NCBI GenBank assembly: GCA_964371075.1
Contig: CAYJKN010000006.1
Location: 128,592 to 192,591 of the forward strand
Length of the DNA stretch: 64,000 nt
Reading direction: 5' to 3'
Source of the DNA: an uncultured Ignavibacteriaceae bacterium
GTDB lineage: Bacteria; Bacteroidota; Ignavibacteria; Ignavibacteriales; Ignavibacteriaceae
Position numbers and translations under genes: made by a program. Numbering within the stretch: position 1 is the first letter of the stretch; each line of letters opens with the position of its first letter. The notes under the pieces were generated by a model that was given only the letters and a program-made list of their open reading frames with translations, did not search any database and was not told the DNA's origin. Positions 46,994 to 54,816 of the stretch are shown here, one piece after another.

Positions 46994-48238
46994 ATGAAAC
47001 AAATTTCAAGATCCCTGTCGGTCTTATTTTTCCTTACAATTTTAGCGGCATCATTCACTTTTGCAGCCTGCAACAAAAGCGCCAAAGCCGACGATAAGTC
47101 GCCGGTTGTCAGTGATTCTGTTAAAAAAGACTCAATCGCGCAAGTTAAAGATGGAAATGTCACCGGCGAGGCTTATGATGCCTCAAAATATAAAAGTACT
47201 TATGACGACATCGCAAAATTCTTTGCAGGGATGACAGTTGACTCAACAAGCGAAATAGCACCTCTTTTTAAGACCAATGCATGGAAATCTTACTCATCCG
47301 GATTTTCAGGAAGATGGGACGGTCTTGAGACAAAAAGACTTGCTCCTGTCAGAGAATGGGCTGCAACTGAGCTAAAAGATATCTCCGCAGATTGTAAAAC
47401 TCTGTTTTATCCTTTTGGTGGTCCCGATTTTCTTTTTGCAAATACATTTTTCCCTTCATTCGATAATTTTGTACTTATCGGTCTTGAACCCGTTGGTCAG
47501 CTTCCAAACCTGAATAAACTGCAGGCAAATGTTCTTAATGCTTATTTAAATAGCCTCCAGGGTTCACTCAGAACTCTTACAACAGGTGGCTTTTTTAAGA
47601 CAATCGATATGGCTTCCGACTTTCAACCCGGTAGAGTGAATGGAACAGTTCCTGTCCTCTTGATTTTTCTTGCAAAAACAGGTAACCGTGTACTTGATAT
47701 CGAGTATATCAAAATGGACAAAACCGGAAAATTGACTTATGAAAAGTCAGACCTCACAGAAAGTAAACTGAAGACGAGATATGACGGAGTCTTAATCAAA
47801 TTTACAGATAAAGAAGCAAAAACTGTCAAAAGACTTTATTTCTTTAGTACCGATCTTTCAGATGCCGGTTTCCCGAAAAAAGCCGATTTCCAACAGTTCA
47901 TAAACAATATGAAACCTTTTGCAGCAATGGCAAAGGCAGCTTCATATTTGATGCATCAGGGTGGATTTAACGGAATCAGGGATTATGTTGTTAACAATGC
48001 AAGTTATATGGTTCAGGAAGACAGTGGAATTCCCCTCAAATATTTCGATGCAACAAAATGGGAAAGAAGATTCTACGGAACTTACACCGCTCCAATACCA
48101 ATGTTCGCCGGAAGAGTTCAGAAAGACCTTCAGGCAGAATACCGCAAAAAGGATAATGTGAAACCCCTCCCGTTTGGTCTCGGCTACTATTGGGAACCGG
48201 GCAGAAGCAACCTTATGTTTGGTATACGCAAACCCTAA
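46994..48238 (+). CDS. Hypothetical lipoprotein (family not recognised)
   Basis: Lipobox FAACN. Long uninterrupted ORF of 414 aa with ordinary composition. Confidence 0.7.
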   Translation: MKQISRSLSVLFFLTILAASFTFAACNKSAKADDKSPVVSDSVKKDSIAQVKDGNVTGEAYDASKYKSTYDDIAKFFAGMTVDSTSEIAPLFKTNAWKSYSSGFSGRWDGLETKRLAPVREWAATELKDISADCKTLFYPFGGPDFLFANTFFPSFDNFVLIGLEPVGQLPNLNKLQANVLNAYLNSLQGSLRTLTTGGFFKTIDMASDFQPGRVNGTVPVLLIFLAKTGNRVLDIEYIKMDKTGKLTYEKSDLTESKLKTRYDGVLIKFTDKEAKTVKRLYFFSTDLSDAGFPKKADFQQFINNMKPFAAMAKAASYLMHQGGFNGIRDYVVNNASYMVQEDSGIPLKYFDATKWERRFYGTYTAPIPMFAGRVQKDLQAEYRKKDNVKPLPFGLGYYWEPGRSNLMFGIRKP

Positions 48239-48240
48239 GA

Positions 48241-48352
48241 AAACCCCGGAACTTCGGAACCTCAGAACTTCAAAATCATAGGACTCCGGAAATTCAGAAC
48301 CTCGGTGCTTCAGTAATTCTGAAACACTGAGGTTCTGAAACTCTGAGGTTCG
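48241..48352. repeat. Octamer-word array (AACCCCGG/AACTTCGG/AACCTCAG ... then inverted CTGAGGTT/CTGAAACT)
   Basis: About 14 consecutive 8-nt units start 3 nt after the stop codon. The first half is forward words and the last third is their reverse complements, which gives long imperfect hairpin potential. Confidence 0.75.
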
Positions 48353-48674
48353 ACTTTACAAACCCCTTCTTTATTTCCCTTCGAAACCATGATACTTTCA
48401 TGATTCAAACCATACATTTTAAACAAACCATACTTAGCGAATAGAATTGCCCCCTAAAGATGTAGTTCCTTTTTCATCCTTAGGATTGATTGAATACTCT
48501 ATGAATCTCGATATCATATATTGGTAATCAAGAAGTTTTTTTAAGAATGATTAATTGTATTCTTAAAGTGACTTTCAAATGAAATAAAAAATTGTTTGAC
48601 TAACCGGAGCGATAGCAATGGAAGTGGATTATCTGAATCGTTAAAAAATTTATTAACCTATTTTGGAGCTTATT

Positions 48675-49265
48675 ATGGCAGAAATTAAAATTGAAAAGAA
48701 AAACATGGCTTGGCTGTGGATTTTATTGGTCGTTGGAATTGCCGTTCTTGTATATTTTGTGGCTTTTCATAAATACAATGACAAAACGACTGAAACACCC
48801 AAAACCACCGGGACTGAACAAACTGACCTTATTGGTGTGCAGGAAAATAACGCCACCGTTGTTGCTTATTTAGATTTTGCGGATACCAATAAAAATAAGA
48901 TGACACTCGACCATGCATATACAAATGAAGCACTTCTAAAATTAACCAACGCTACTCAGGCTATAGCTGATGAAGTTGGATATGAAGTTAAGGCTGACTT
49001 GGAAAAGGTAAAAGAATATGCAGAAAAGATAACAAAAGATCCGTTTGAAACTACACATGCTGACAACATAAGATGGGCTGATGACATTTTAACCAGGGTA
49101 TTACAAAACATCCAAATGGCTAAATATCCCGGATTAACAAGTGAAGTTGCAGCATTAAAAAATGCGGCAGAATCAATTAAACCGGCAGTACTTACTCTTG
49201 ATCAGAGAACTGAAGTTGCAGCTTTCTTTCATAAAGCTGCGGACCTTCTCCGTAAAATGAATTAA
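48675..49265 (+). CDS. Hypothetical single-pass membrane protein
   Basis: TM segment MAWLWILLVVGIAVLVYFVAF, then a helical soluble domain. GGAG lies 6 nt before the ATG at 48675 (the track TTG at 48663 is the alternative). Confidence 0.65.
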   Translation: MAEIKIEKKNMAWLWILLVVGIAVLVYFVAFHKYNDKTTETPKTTGTEQTDLIGVQENNATVVAYLDFADTNKNKMTLDHAYTNEALLKLTNATQAIADEVGYEVKADLEKVKEYAEKITKDPFETTHADNIRWADDILTRVLQNIQMAKYPGLTSEVAALKNAAESIKPAVLTLDQRTEVAAFFHKAADLLRKMN

Positions 49266-49288
49266 TAACCTAAAAAGGAATAACAATT

Positions 49289-49810
49289 ATGTCCGATACA
49301 ATTAAAACTCTGTACTATTTAGATGAACTTCCCGATTATAAAGTGGCATCCGACTATTTGGATGTGATGGGGTGGGATGTTAATGATGCCAATAACCGAA
49401 CACTTGGTAAAGTTACCGGTTTAGTGGTCAATAAAGAAGCAGAAAGAGTGGTGTATCTTGATGTGGAAGTAGATAAATCTTTGATCCAGGTAGGTTACGA
49501 TTCCTACCAGGTTCCTGCAAGTGAAGGTGTTCACGGATTTATAAACAAAGATGGTGATGACCACCTTATTCTACCGATAGGAATGGTGAATTTGGATGTG
49601 GATCAAGAAAGAGTGCACACAAACAAAATTGACTATGCTACTTTTGCTCAGGCAAAACGGTTCAACAGGGTAATGAATATCGATCGTGATTACGAATTAG
49701 CTTTGTTCCGCCATTACAATCGTAATGATGTAATTGATGAAGCAAATACACAATCCGGATTTTATGATCGTAGAGAATTCGATAATAATTTACGGCGAAA
49801 AGATTCATAA
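49289..49810 (+). CDS. PRC-barrel domain protein (stress-protein-like)
   Basis: VMGWDVNDANNRTLGKVTGLVVNKEAERVVYLDVEV matches the PRC-barrel pattern. Confidence 0.7.
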   Translation: MSDTIKTLYYLDELPDYKVASDYLDVMGWDVNDANNRTLGKVTGLVVNKEAERVVYLDVEVDKSLIQVGYDSYQVPASEGVHGFINKDGDDHLILPIGMVNLDVDQERVHTNKIDYATFAQAKRFNRVMNIDRDYELALFRHYNRNDVIDEANTQSGFYDRREFDNNLRRKDS

Positions 49811-49869
49811 ATGTGAATATGTGTAGTTCCTTTTTCATCCTTCTGGACGATGGGTTAACTATGGAATAG

Positions 49870-50046
49870 AACCCCGGAACCCCGGAACTTCAGAACCCCG
49901 GAACCCCGGAACTTCAGAACCCCGGAACTTCAGAACCTAAGAACCTTGGACGCTGGAATTCAGGATTTAAATCTTAAGTGCGGAAACTCTGAAGTACTGA
50001 GGTACTGAAACTCTGAAGTACTGAAGTTCTGAAACTCTGAAATTCT
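49870..50046. repeat. Octamer-word array: 10 forward units (AACCCCGG/AACTTCAG), spacer, 7 inverted units (CTGAAGTA/CTGAAGTT/CTGAAACT)
   Basis: 49870-49949 reads AACCCCGG x2, AACTTCAG, AACCCCGG x2, AACTTCAG, AACCCCGG, AACTTCAG, AACCTAAG, AACCTTGG. 49990-50046 holds period-8 CTGAAGTA-type words that are the reverse complement family. The array abuts the stop of the convergent TPR gene. Confidence 0.8.
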
Positions 50047-50797
50047 ACTTACAATACTTTCTAAGCGAGTCCGCGGCAGATATTGAATTGCTGCGGACCG
50101 CTTCCTCAAAAGCATTACACGCCCCTGCTTTATCTCCATTTGATGCGAGGATACTTCCCGTTACAAGCCATGCTTTTTGATCGCTGTTGTTTTTTTCGGT
50201 TGCTGTTTTTAGGTAGATCATAGCGGTTTCAAATTCCCCTTTTTGAAAATAGGCTTCACCAAAAAAAGTTTGTAAACTCTCAAAGTCGGGGCGCAGTTTT
50301 TGAACTTTTTCAAGTTCAAGGATTGCTCTGTCGGGGTCTTCTGATTTCAAATAAAAAGCTGCTTTATAAATTGGAACCAGTGGGTTTGAGGGATCAATTT
50401 TTTCGGCCTTATCGTAATTCTCTGCAGTTTTTTTGTTATCACCCATCTCCGAATAGAGGTTACCCAACAGAATGATCGCATCAACTTTATCAGGATAATC
50501 TTCCAACACTTTTTTAAAATCCGTTTCTGCCTCCGGAAATTTTTTCATTCCCTGGTAGGCCAGTCCTCTGAAAAGATGCGCTGAACTGTCTTTTGAATCT
50601 ATCTCCAGTATCGCATTATAGATTTTAACTGCAGAATCAAAAGCTCCTGTCGTCAATTTCTCAAATGCCTGAGACCTGAGCATAAAAACCTCTTTTCGCT
50701 CATTTTCAACCGATTTTTGATAAAAATGATAGATGACATATATCTGAACAATTGCAGCAAAAAATAAAAATATTGCGAGGTTTTTGTTTTTCTTCAT
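50045..50797 (-). CDS. TPR-repeat protein with N-terminal membrane anchor
   Basis: MKKNKNLAIFLFFAAIVQIYVIY followed by several 34-aa TPR-like units (A..Y..AL..D). ATG at 50797 is preferred over the TTG at 50824. Confidence 0.75.
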   Translation of the reverse strand: MKKNKNLAIFLFFAAIVQIYVIYHFYQKSVENERKEVFMLRSQAFEKLTTGAFDSAVKIYNAILEIDSKDSSAHLFRGLAYQGMKKFPEAETDFKKVLEDYPDKVDAIILLGNLYSEMGDNKKTAENYDKAEKIDPSNPLVPIYKAAFYLKSEDPDRAILELEKVQKLRPDFESLQTFFGEAYFQKGEFETAMIYLKTATEKNNSDQKAWLVTGSILASNGDKAGACNAFEEAVRSNSISAADSLRKYCK

Positions 50798-50865
50798 TGG
50801 GCTTTTGTAAGTTTTGATGTTCAAAAAAAGAAAATTGCGAATCCAAATATAAAACGGACACTATT

Positions 50866-53820
50866 ATGAGATCAATTAAATTAACTCTTTTATTTATCCT
50901 TACACTTTTAGCCTCCTCAATAACAGCTCAGCAAGGGATGGATAACAAGGTTAAGGAATTCAGGAAGAAGCTCTCCGCAGAATTAAAATCAAATTATAAA
51001 CTTTACAATTTTCCATCTGCGGCGAGAGTGGATACTGTATTTATTGATAATAATAAAAATCTGACCGTAGTGTTCAACCGCAGAAGTTCAGGGAATGTGC
51101 TTAGGGAAAATGATATTACAAAAGCCACAGGGAGACTGACCGAATTTAAAAATAAAAACGGCTTTAAGGAGAATGGACTAAATATTTTTATAGGAGCATT
51201 TGAGCTAAAAGAAATGGTCCCAAATTATTACCGTGTGGATATGGATCAAGACCCTCTCAGGTTCCCCGCAGAACGAAACAAATTCTCTTTGGTTTCAAAC
51301 GAGGACAGGCCATACGAAATCAAATATGGACTTACGGGGCGCAATATCGTTGTTTGGAACTCCCACGGCTGGTATTACAGTCATGAAGATGACAGGTGGC
51401 AGTGGCAGAGAGCCAGATTGTGGGGCTCTGTTGAAGACATTCTTACAACTTCAATGGTGGTGCCGTATCTCGTTCCTATGCTTGAGAATGCAGGTGCAGG
51501 AGTTTTTCTCCCCAGGGAGAGGGATTTTCAAATCGGAGAGGTAATAATTGATAATGAAAGCAGTGACGGTAAAAGCAATGTTGAAGGTCTTGAGAACTGG
51601 AAGAACGATGGGAAAGGATTTCTGAACAAACCTGATGGATACGATGCAAATGTAAATCCATTTAGACTGGGTTCCTTCATAAAAACTGCAACTACTACAG
51701 CGGGAGAGACTAAACTAAGTTATCTTGCAGATATCCCCGAAGAAGGTGAATATGCCGTTTATGTTGCATACGGAAAGGATTCAGAGTCAAAAAACATCCC
51801 TGATGCAATATATACTGTTCACCATGCAGGTGGAAAAACCTCATTTCGAGTAAACCAGACAGCAGGATGGGGGACATGGATTTATTTGGGAACATTCAAA
51901 TTCCTAAAAGGTTTCGACCGTGAAAAAGCCGCAGTGGTTCTTTTGAATAAAAGCAATTTTGAAGGTAATGTAACCTCTGATGCTGTTAGATTTGGGGGAG
52001 GAATGGGAGTTGTCAAACGAAATGGAAAAACAAGTGGAAAACCAAAATTTGTCGAGGGGGCAAGGTATTATTTACAGTTTTTGGGTGTTGAAGACACTCT
52101 CGTTTATAATATGGGGAAAGATGTAGATGATTATGTTGATGATTACAGAGCTCGCGCCGAGTATGCCAACTGGTTAAATGGAGCCCCAGCCGGACCCAAT
52201 AAAGAAAAGGATCATGAGGGGTTGAAGATTCCCATCGATCTTACAATGGCATGGCACACAGATGCAGGAATTTTAGGAGCTGATTCTGTGGTTGGTACTC
52301 TGATGATCTACAGTTCGGTGGGGATGGATACAACCATCTTCGCCGGAGGCAGAAGCAGAATGGCGAACAGAGACCTCGCCGATATCGTACAATCGCAGAT
52401 CGTTGATGATATCAGGTTTCACTTTGATAAAAAATGGACTCGCCGTGAGCTGATGGATGCAAACTATGCCGAGGCTGTCAGAGGAAACATTCCCGGAATT
52501 CTTCTTGAGCTTTTGTCACATCAGAACTTTGCTGAAATGAAATTCTTTTGGGATCCAAAGTTTAGATTTACTGCTTCAAGGGCGATTTATAAAGGGATGA
52601 TCAAATTTATTGCTCATGCAAATAAAGAAAGATATGCTATTCAACCACTTCCTGTTAATGGCTTTTCTGCAATTCTTGACGGACAAAATGTAAATCTTTC
52701 GTGGGAACCGGTTTTAGATCCGTTGGAGCCCACTGCAAGTCCTGAGGGTTATATAGTATATCGAAGAGTGGGGAACGGGGGATTTGACAATGGCACGCTG
52801 ACCCGTTCAAACAGTTTTGTTGACACTAACATTCCTGAAGGAAAGGTTGTAAGTTATAAAATCACAGCAATCAACAGTGGTGGTGAAAGTTTTCCATCTG
52901 AGATTTTAAGTGTCGGAATTGGAAAAGATAAAAACAAAAAACTGTTGATCGTAAATGCATTTGATCGTTTGGCTGCTCCTGCACAAATTGTGGAAAAAGA
53001 TTTTGAAGGATTTCTCTTCAACTTTGATGAAGGAGTGCAATACGTAAAAGATGTGGCTTTCACAGGAGAGCAGGTAAATTTTGACAGGAAATCAGAATTT
53101 AAATCGAATGATGCTCCGGGATTTGGTGCGAGTAAATCTGATAAGGAATGTCAGGTTATCGCCGGAAACAGTTTCGATTATCCAATCATTCATGGAGAAT
53201 CAATAATCGAAGCCGGATTTTCATTCTCCAGCACAAGTGACGAATCGGTTGAGAATGGAAAAATCACTCTCAGCGGTTTTGATTTGGTTGATCTGATTGC
53301 CGGAGAGGAAAAACATACAAAATCAAAATTAGGGCTCGATCCTGTTATAACTGAGAACTATCAACTTTTCACCAAACAATTAACACAACGATTAACCGAA
53401 TTCCTTAAAAATGGTAACTCTCTTTTTATCAGTGGTGCATATATTGGAACAGAATTGGAACACGATACAACAACTTCGGAATTTGGTAGCACTATTTTGA
53501 AAGTAAAACTTGGAACCGAATACGCTTCTACAAACGGGGAAGTTTCAGGCGTGTCAAAATTTGAGGGCAGTTCAGATATGAAGTTCAAATTTAACACTGA
53601 GCATTCTGCTAATATTTACAGAGTTGAAGCCCCACAGGCAATAAATCCTGAAAAGGGAGGGGAGACACTTTTAAGGTATTCAGAGAACACTAACAGTGCC
53701 GCTGTTGGGTTTAGAGGGGGTTACAAAACGATTGTTGCAGGTTTCCCTTTTGAAACAATCACTAACACACAACAAAGAAACACTTTAATGAAATTTGTTC
53801 TCGGTTATTTCGGGATGTAA
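50866..53820 (+). CDS. Large secreted protein: golvesin-C-like domain, MurNAc-LAA/zinc-amidase-like core and FN3-like domain
   Basis: Signal peptide. EGEYAVYVAYGK...YTVHHAGGKTSFRVNQTAGWGTWIYLGTFKF is the golvesin C-terminal-like pattern. AWHTDAG and ILLELLSHQNF are amidase-like. Domain names are from memory. Confidence 0.6.
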   Translation: MRSIKLTLLFILTLLASSITAQQGMDNKVKEFRKKLSAELKSNYKLYNFPSAARVDTVFIDNNKNLTVVFNRRSSGNVLRENDITKATGRLTEFKNKNGFKENGLNIFIGAFELKEMVPNYYRVDMDQDPLRFPAERNKFSLVSNEDRPYEIKYGLTGRNIVVWNSHGWYYSHEDDRWQWQRARLWGSVEDILTTSMVVPYLVPMLENAGAGVFLPRERDFQIGEVIIDNESSDGKSNVEGLENWKNDGKGFLNKPDGYDANVNPFRLGSFIKTATTTAGETKLSYLADIPEEGEYAVYVAYGKDSESKNIPDAIYTVHHAGGKTSFRVNQTAGWGTWIYLGTFKFLKGFDREKAAVVLLNKSNFEGNVTSDAVRFGGGMGVVKRNGKTSGKPKFVEGARYYLQFLGVEDTLVYNMGKDVDDYVDDYRARAEYANWLNGAPAGPNKEKDHEGLKIPIDLTMAWHTDAGILGADSVVGTLMIYSSVGMDTTIFAGGRSRMANRDLADIVQSQIVDDIRFHFDKKWTRRELMDANYAEAVRGNIPGILLELLSHQNFAEMKFFWDPKFRFTASRAIYKGMIKFIAHANKERYAIQPLPVNGFSAILDGQNVNLSWEPVLDPLEPTASPEGYIVYRRVGNGGFDNGTLTRSNSFVDTNIPEGKVVSYKITAINSGGESFPSEILSVGIGKDKNKKLLIVNAFDRLAAPAQIVEKDFEGFLFNFDEGVQYVKDVAFTGEQVNFDRKSEFKSNDAPGFGASKSDKECQVIAGNSFDYPIIHGESIIEAGFSFSSTSDESVENGKITLSGFDLVDLIAGEEKHTKSKLGLDPVITENYQLFTKQLTQRLTEFLKNGNSLFISGAYIGTELEHDTTTSEFGSTILKVKLGTEYASTNGEVSGVSKFEGSSDMKFKFNTEHSANIYRVEAPQAINPEKGGETLLRYSENTNSAAVGFRGGYKTIVAGFPFETITNTQQRNTLMKFVLGYFGM

Positions 53821-53823
53821 AAT

Positions 53824-53862
53824 AAAAAAAGAGGCTGACGGGAACCCCGTGAGCCTCTTTTG
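53824..53862. terminator. Bidirectional rho-independent terminator
   Basis: A-run, AGAGGCTGACGGG / CCCGTGAGCCTCT stem (12 bp, one mismatch), T-run. Lies between convergent genes. Confidence 0.75.
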
Positions 53863-53895
53863 ATTAAAATTTAATCTTAAAATTTGATTAAATGT

Positions 53896-54483
53896 TTACT
53901 TTAAATTTGGTGGTGCAATTGGTGCCGGAACTGAATTTTTAACCGGCTTGATTGTCTTCAAATAGGCAAACATTGCCTTCAGATCATCATCGGTCATCTT
54001 CGAATAAGATGGCCATGGCATCGGTGGCAGCAAAGGACGAGTATTATCCAACCCCTTAAATTTTCCTTCCCTTAACGCTTTTATAAACTGTTCCTCCGTC
54101 CAGGTACCAAGTCCGGTTGCATCGGGAGTAAGGTTTGCAGCAAAAGAAGCCCCCCAAGGACCCACGGTAGCAGTGTTGTGAGCGTTAAACAAAACCCATG
54201 ATTTTAAGGTATTTTTGTCAACCGGATCAAGAGCCACGTTTTCAGGATGACCTGATAATCTACGCTCGGGATCCATAGCCGGGCCGTTTGGTCCAAAAAC
54301 CTTGGGGCTGTGGCAATCGTCGCACCCTGCAATGGTTACGAGATATTCCCCTCTTTTTACAAGTTCCTCCTGTGTGGAACCTGCTGTTTTGGTCTCTTTT
54401 GTTTCGGTTTTCACATTACAACCCGTAATTAAAATTGTGGTTAAGGCAGTAATTGCAAGAAATGAATAAAGACTTTTTTTCAT
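53896..54483 (-). CDS. Mono-heme c-type cytochrome lipoprotein
   Basis: Lipobox LITGC. Single CxxCH (CDDCHS). Confidence 0.75.
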   Translation of the reverse strand: MKKSLYSFLAITALTTILITGCNVKTETKETKTAGSTQEELVKRGEYLVTIAGCDDCHSPKVFGPNGPAMDPERRLSGHPENVALDPVDKNTLKSWVLFNAHNTATVGPWGASFAANLTPDATGLGTWTEEQFIKALREGKFKGLDNTRPLLPPMPWPSYSKMTDDDLKAMFAYLKTIKPVKNSVPAPIAPPNLK

Positions 54484-54744
54484 AAAAATCTCTCCTGTAC
54501 TCTTTTGTGAAAAAGAATGTTGATGATGGTAAATGATTGTTAAATAACTGCAGCCGGGCTCGATGCACTTGATCCGATGGGGGAATCGATGTTATTAAAA
54601 TCTGTCATCGACTATTCCGCAGTTTTATGACTGCAAAATTAAAAATTATTCTTTCACAATCAACTAAATTATTGATGAACAGTATATAGAATAATTAGAT
54701 GAAAGTATTATTTGATAAGTGAGGAGGATTTTAATTTCGGATGG

Positions 54745-54781
54745 CAAAAAAAAGAGGCTGTTCATTTTCATGAACAGCCTC
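54745..54781 (-). terminator. Rho-independent terminator of the 1268-aa T9SS protein gene
   Basis: On the minus strand: GAGGCTGTTCAT-gaaa-ATGAACAGCCTC followed by TTTTTTTT. Confidence 0.85.
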
Positions 54782-54816
54782 GAATTCTAACAGATTATTG
54801 CATCACTGCTTTACCG

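Noticed and set aside
48330-48352. GAGGTTCGAC as a tRNA/tmRNA T-arm (smpB lies nearby at 45.3 kb)
   Set aside because: It is part of the CTGAGGTT word repeat. No acceptor stem, anticodon arm or CCA-proximal structure can be built. No GGTTCGAATCC-type T-loop was seen elsewhere in the intergenic regions I read.
48241-50046. Octamer arrays as a CRISPR array
   Set aside because: The repeat period is 8 nt with no unique spacers, the units are degenerate and partly inverted, and no cas genes are in the window.
54484-54744. 260-nt leader of the cytochrome c gene as a riboswitch
   Set aside because: Only short 5-6-bp hairpins are present (GCAGT/ACTGC, TCGATG/CATCGA), and I see no recognisable riboswitch core. 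The evidence is not sufficient to report.
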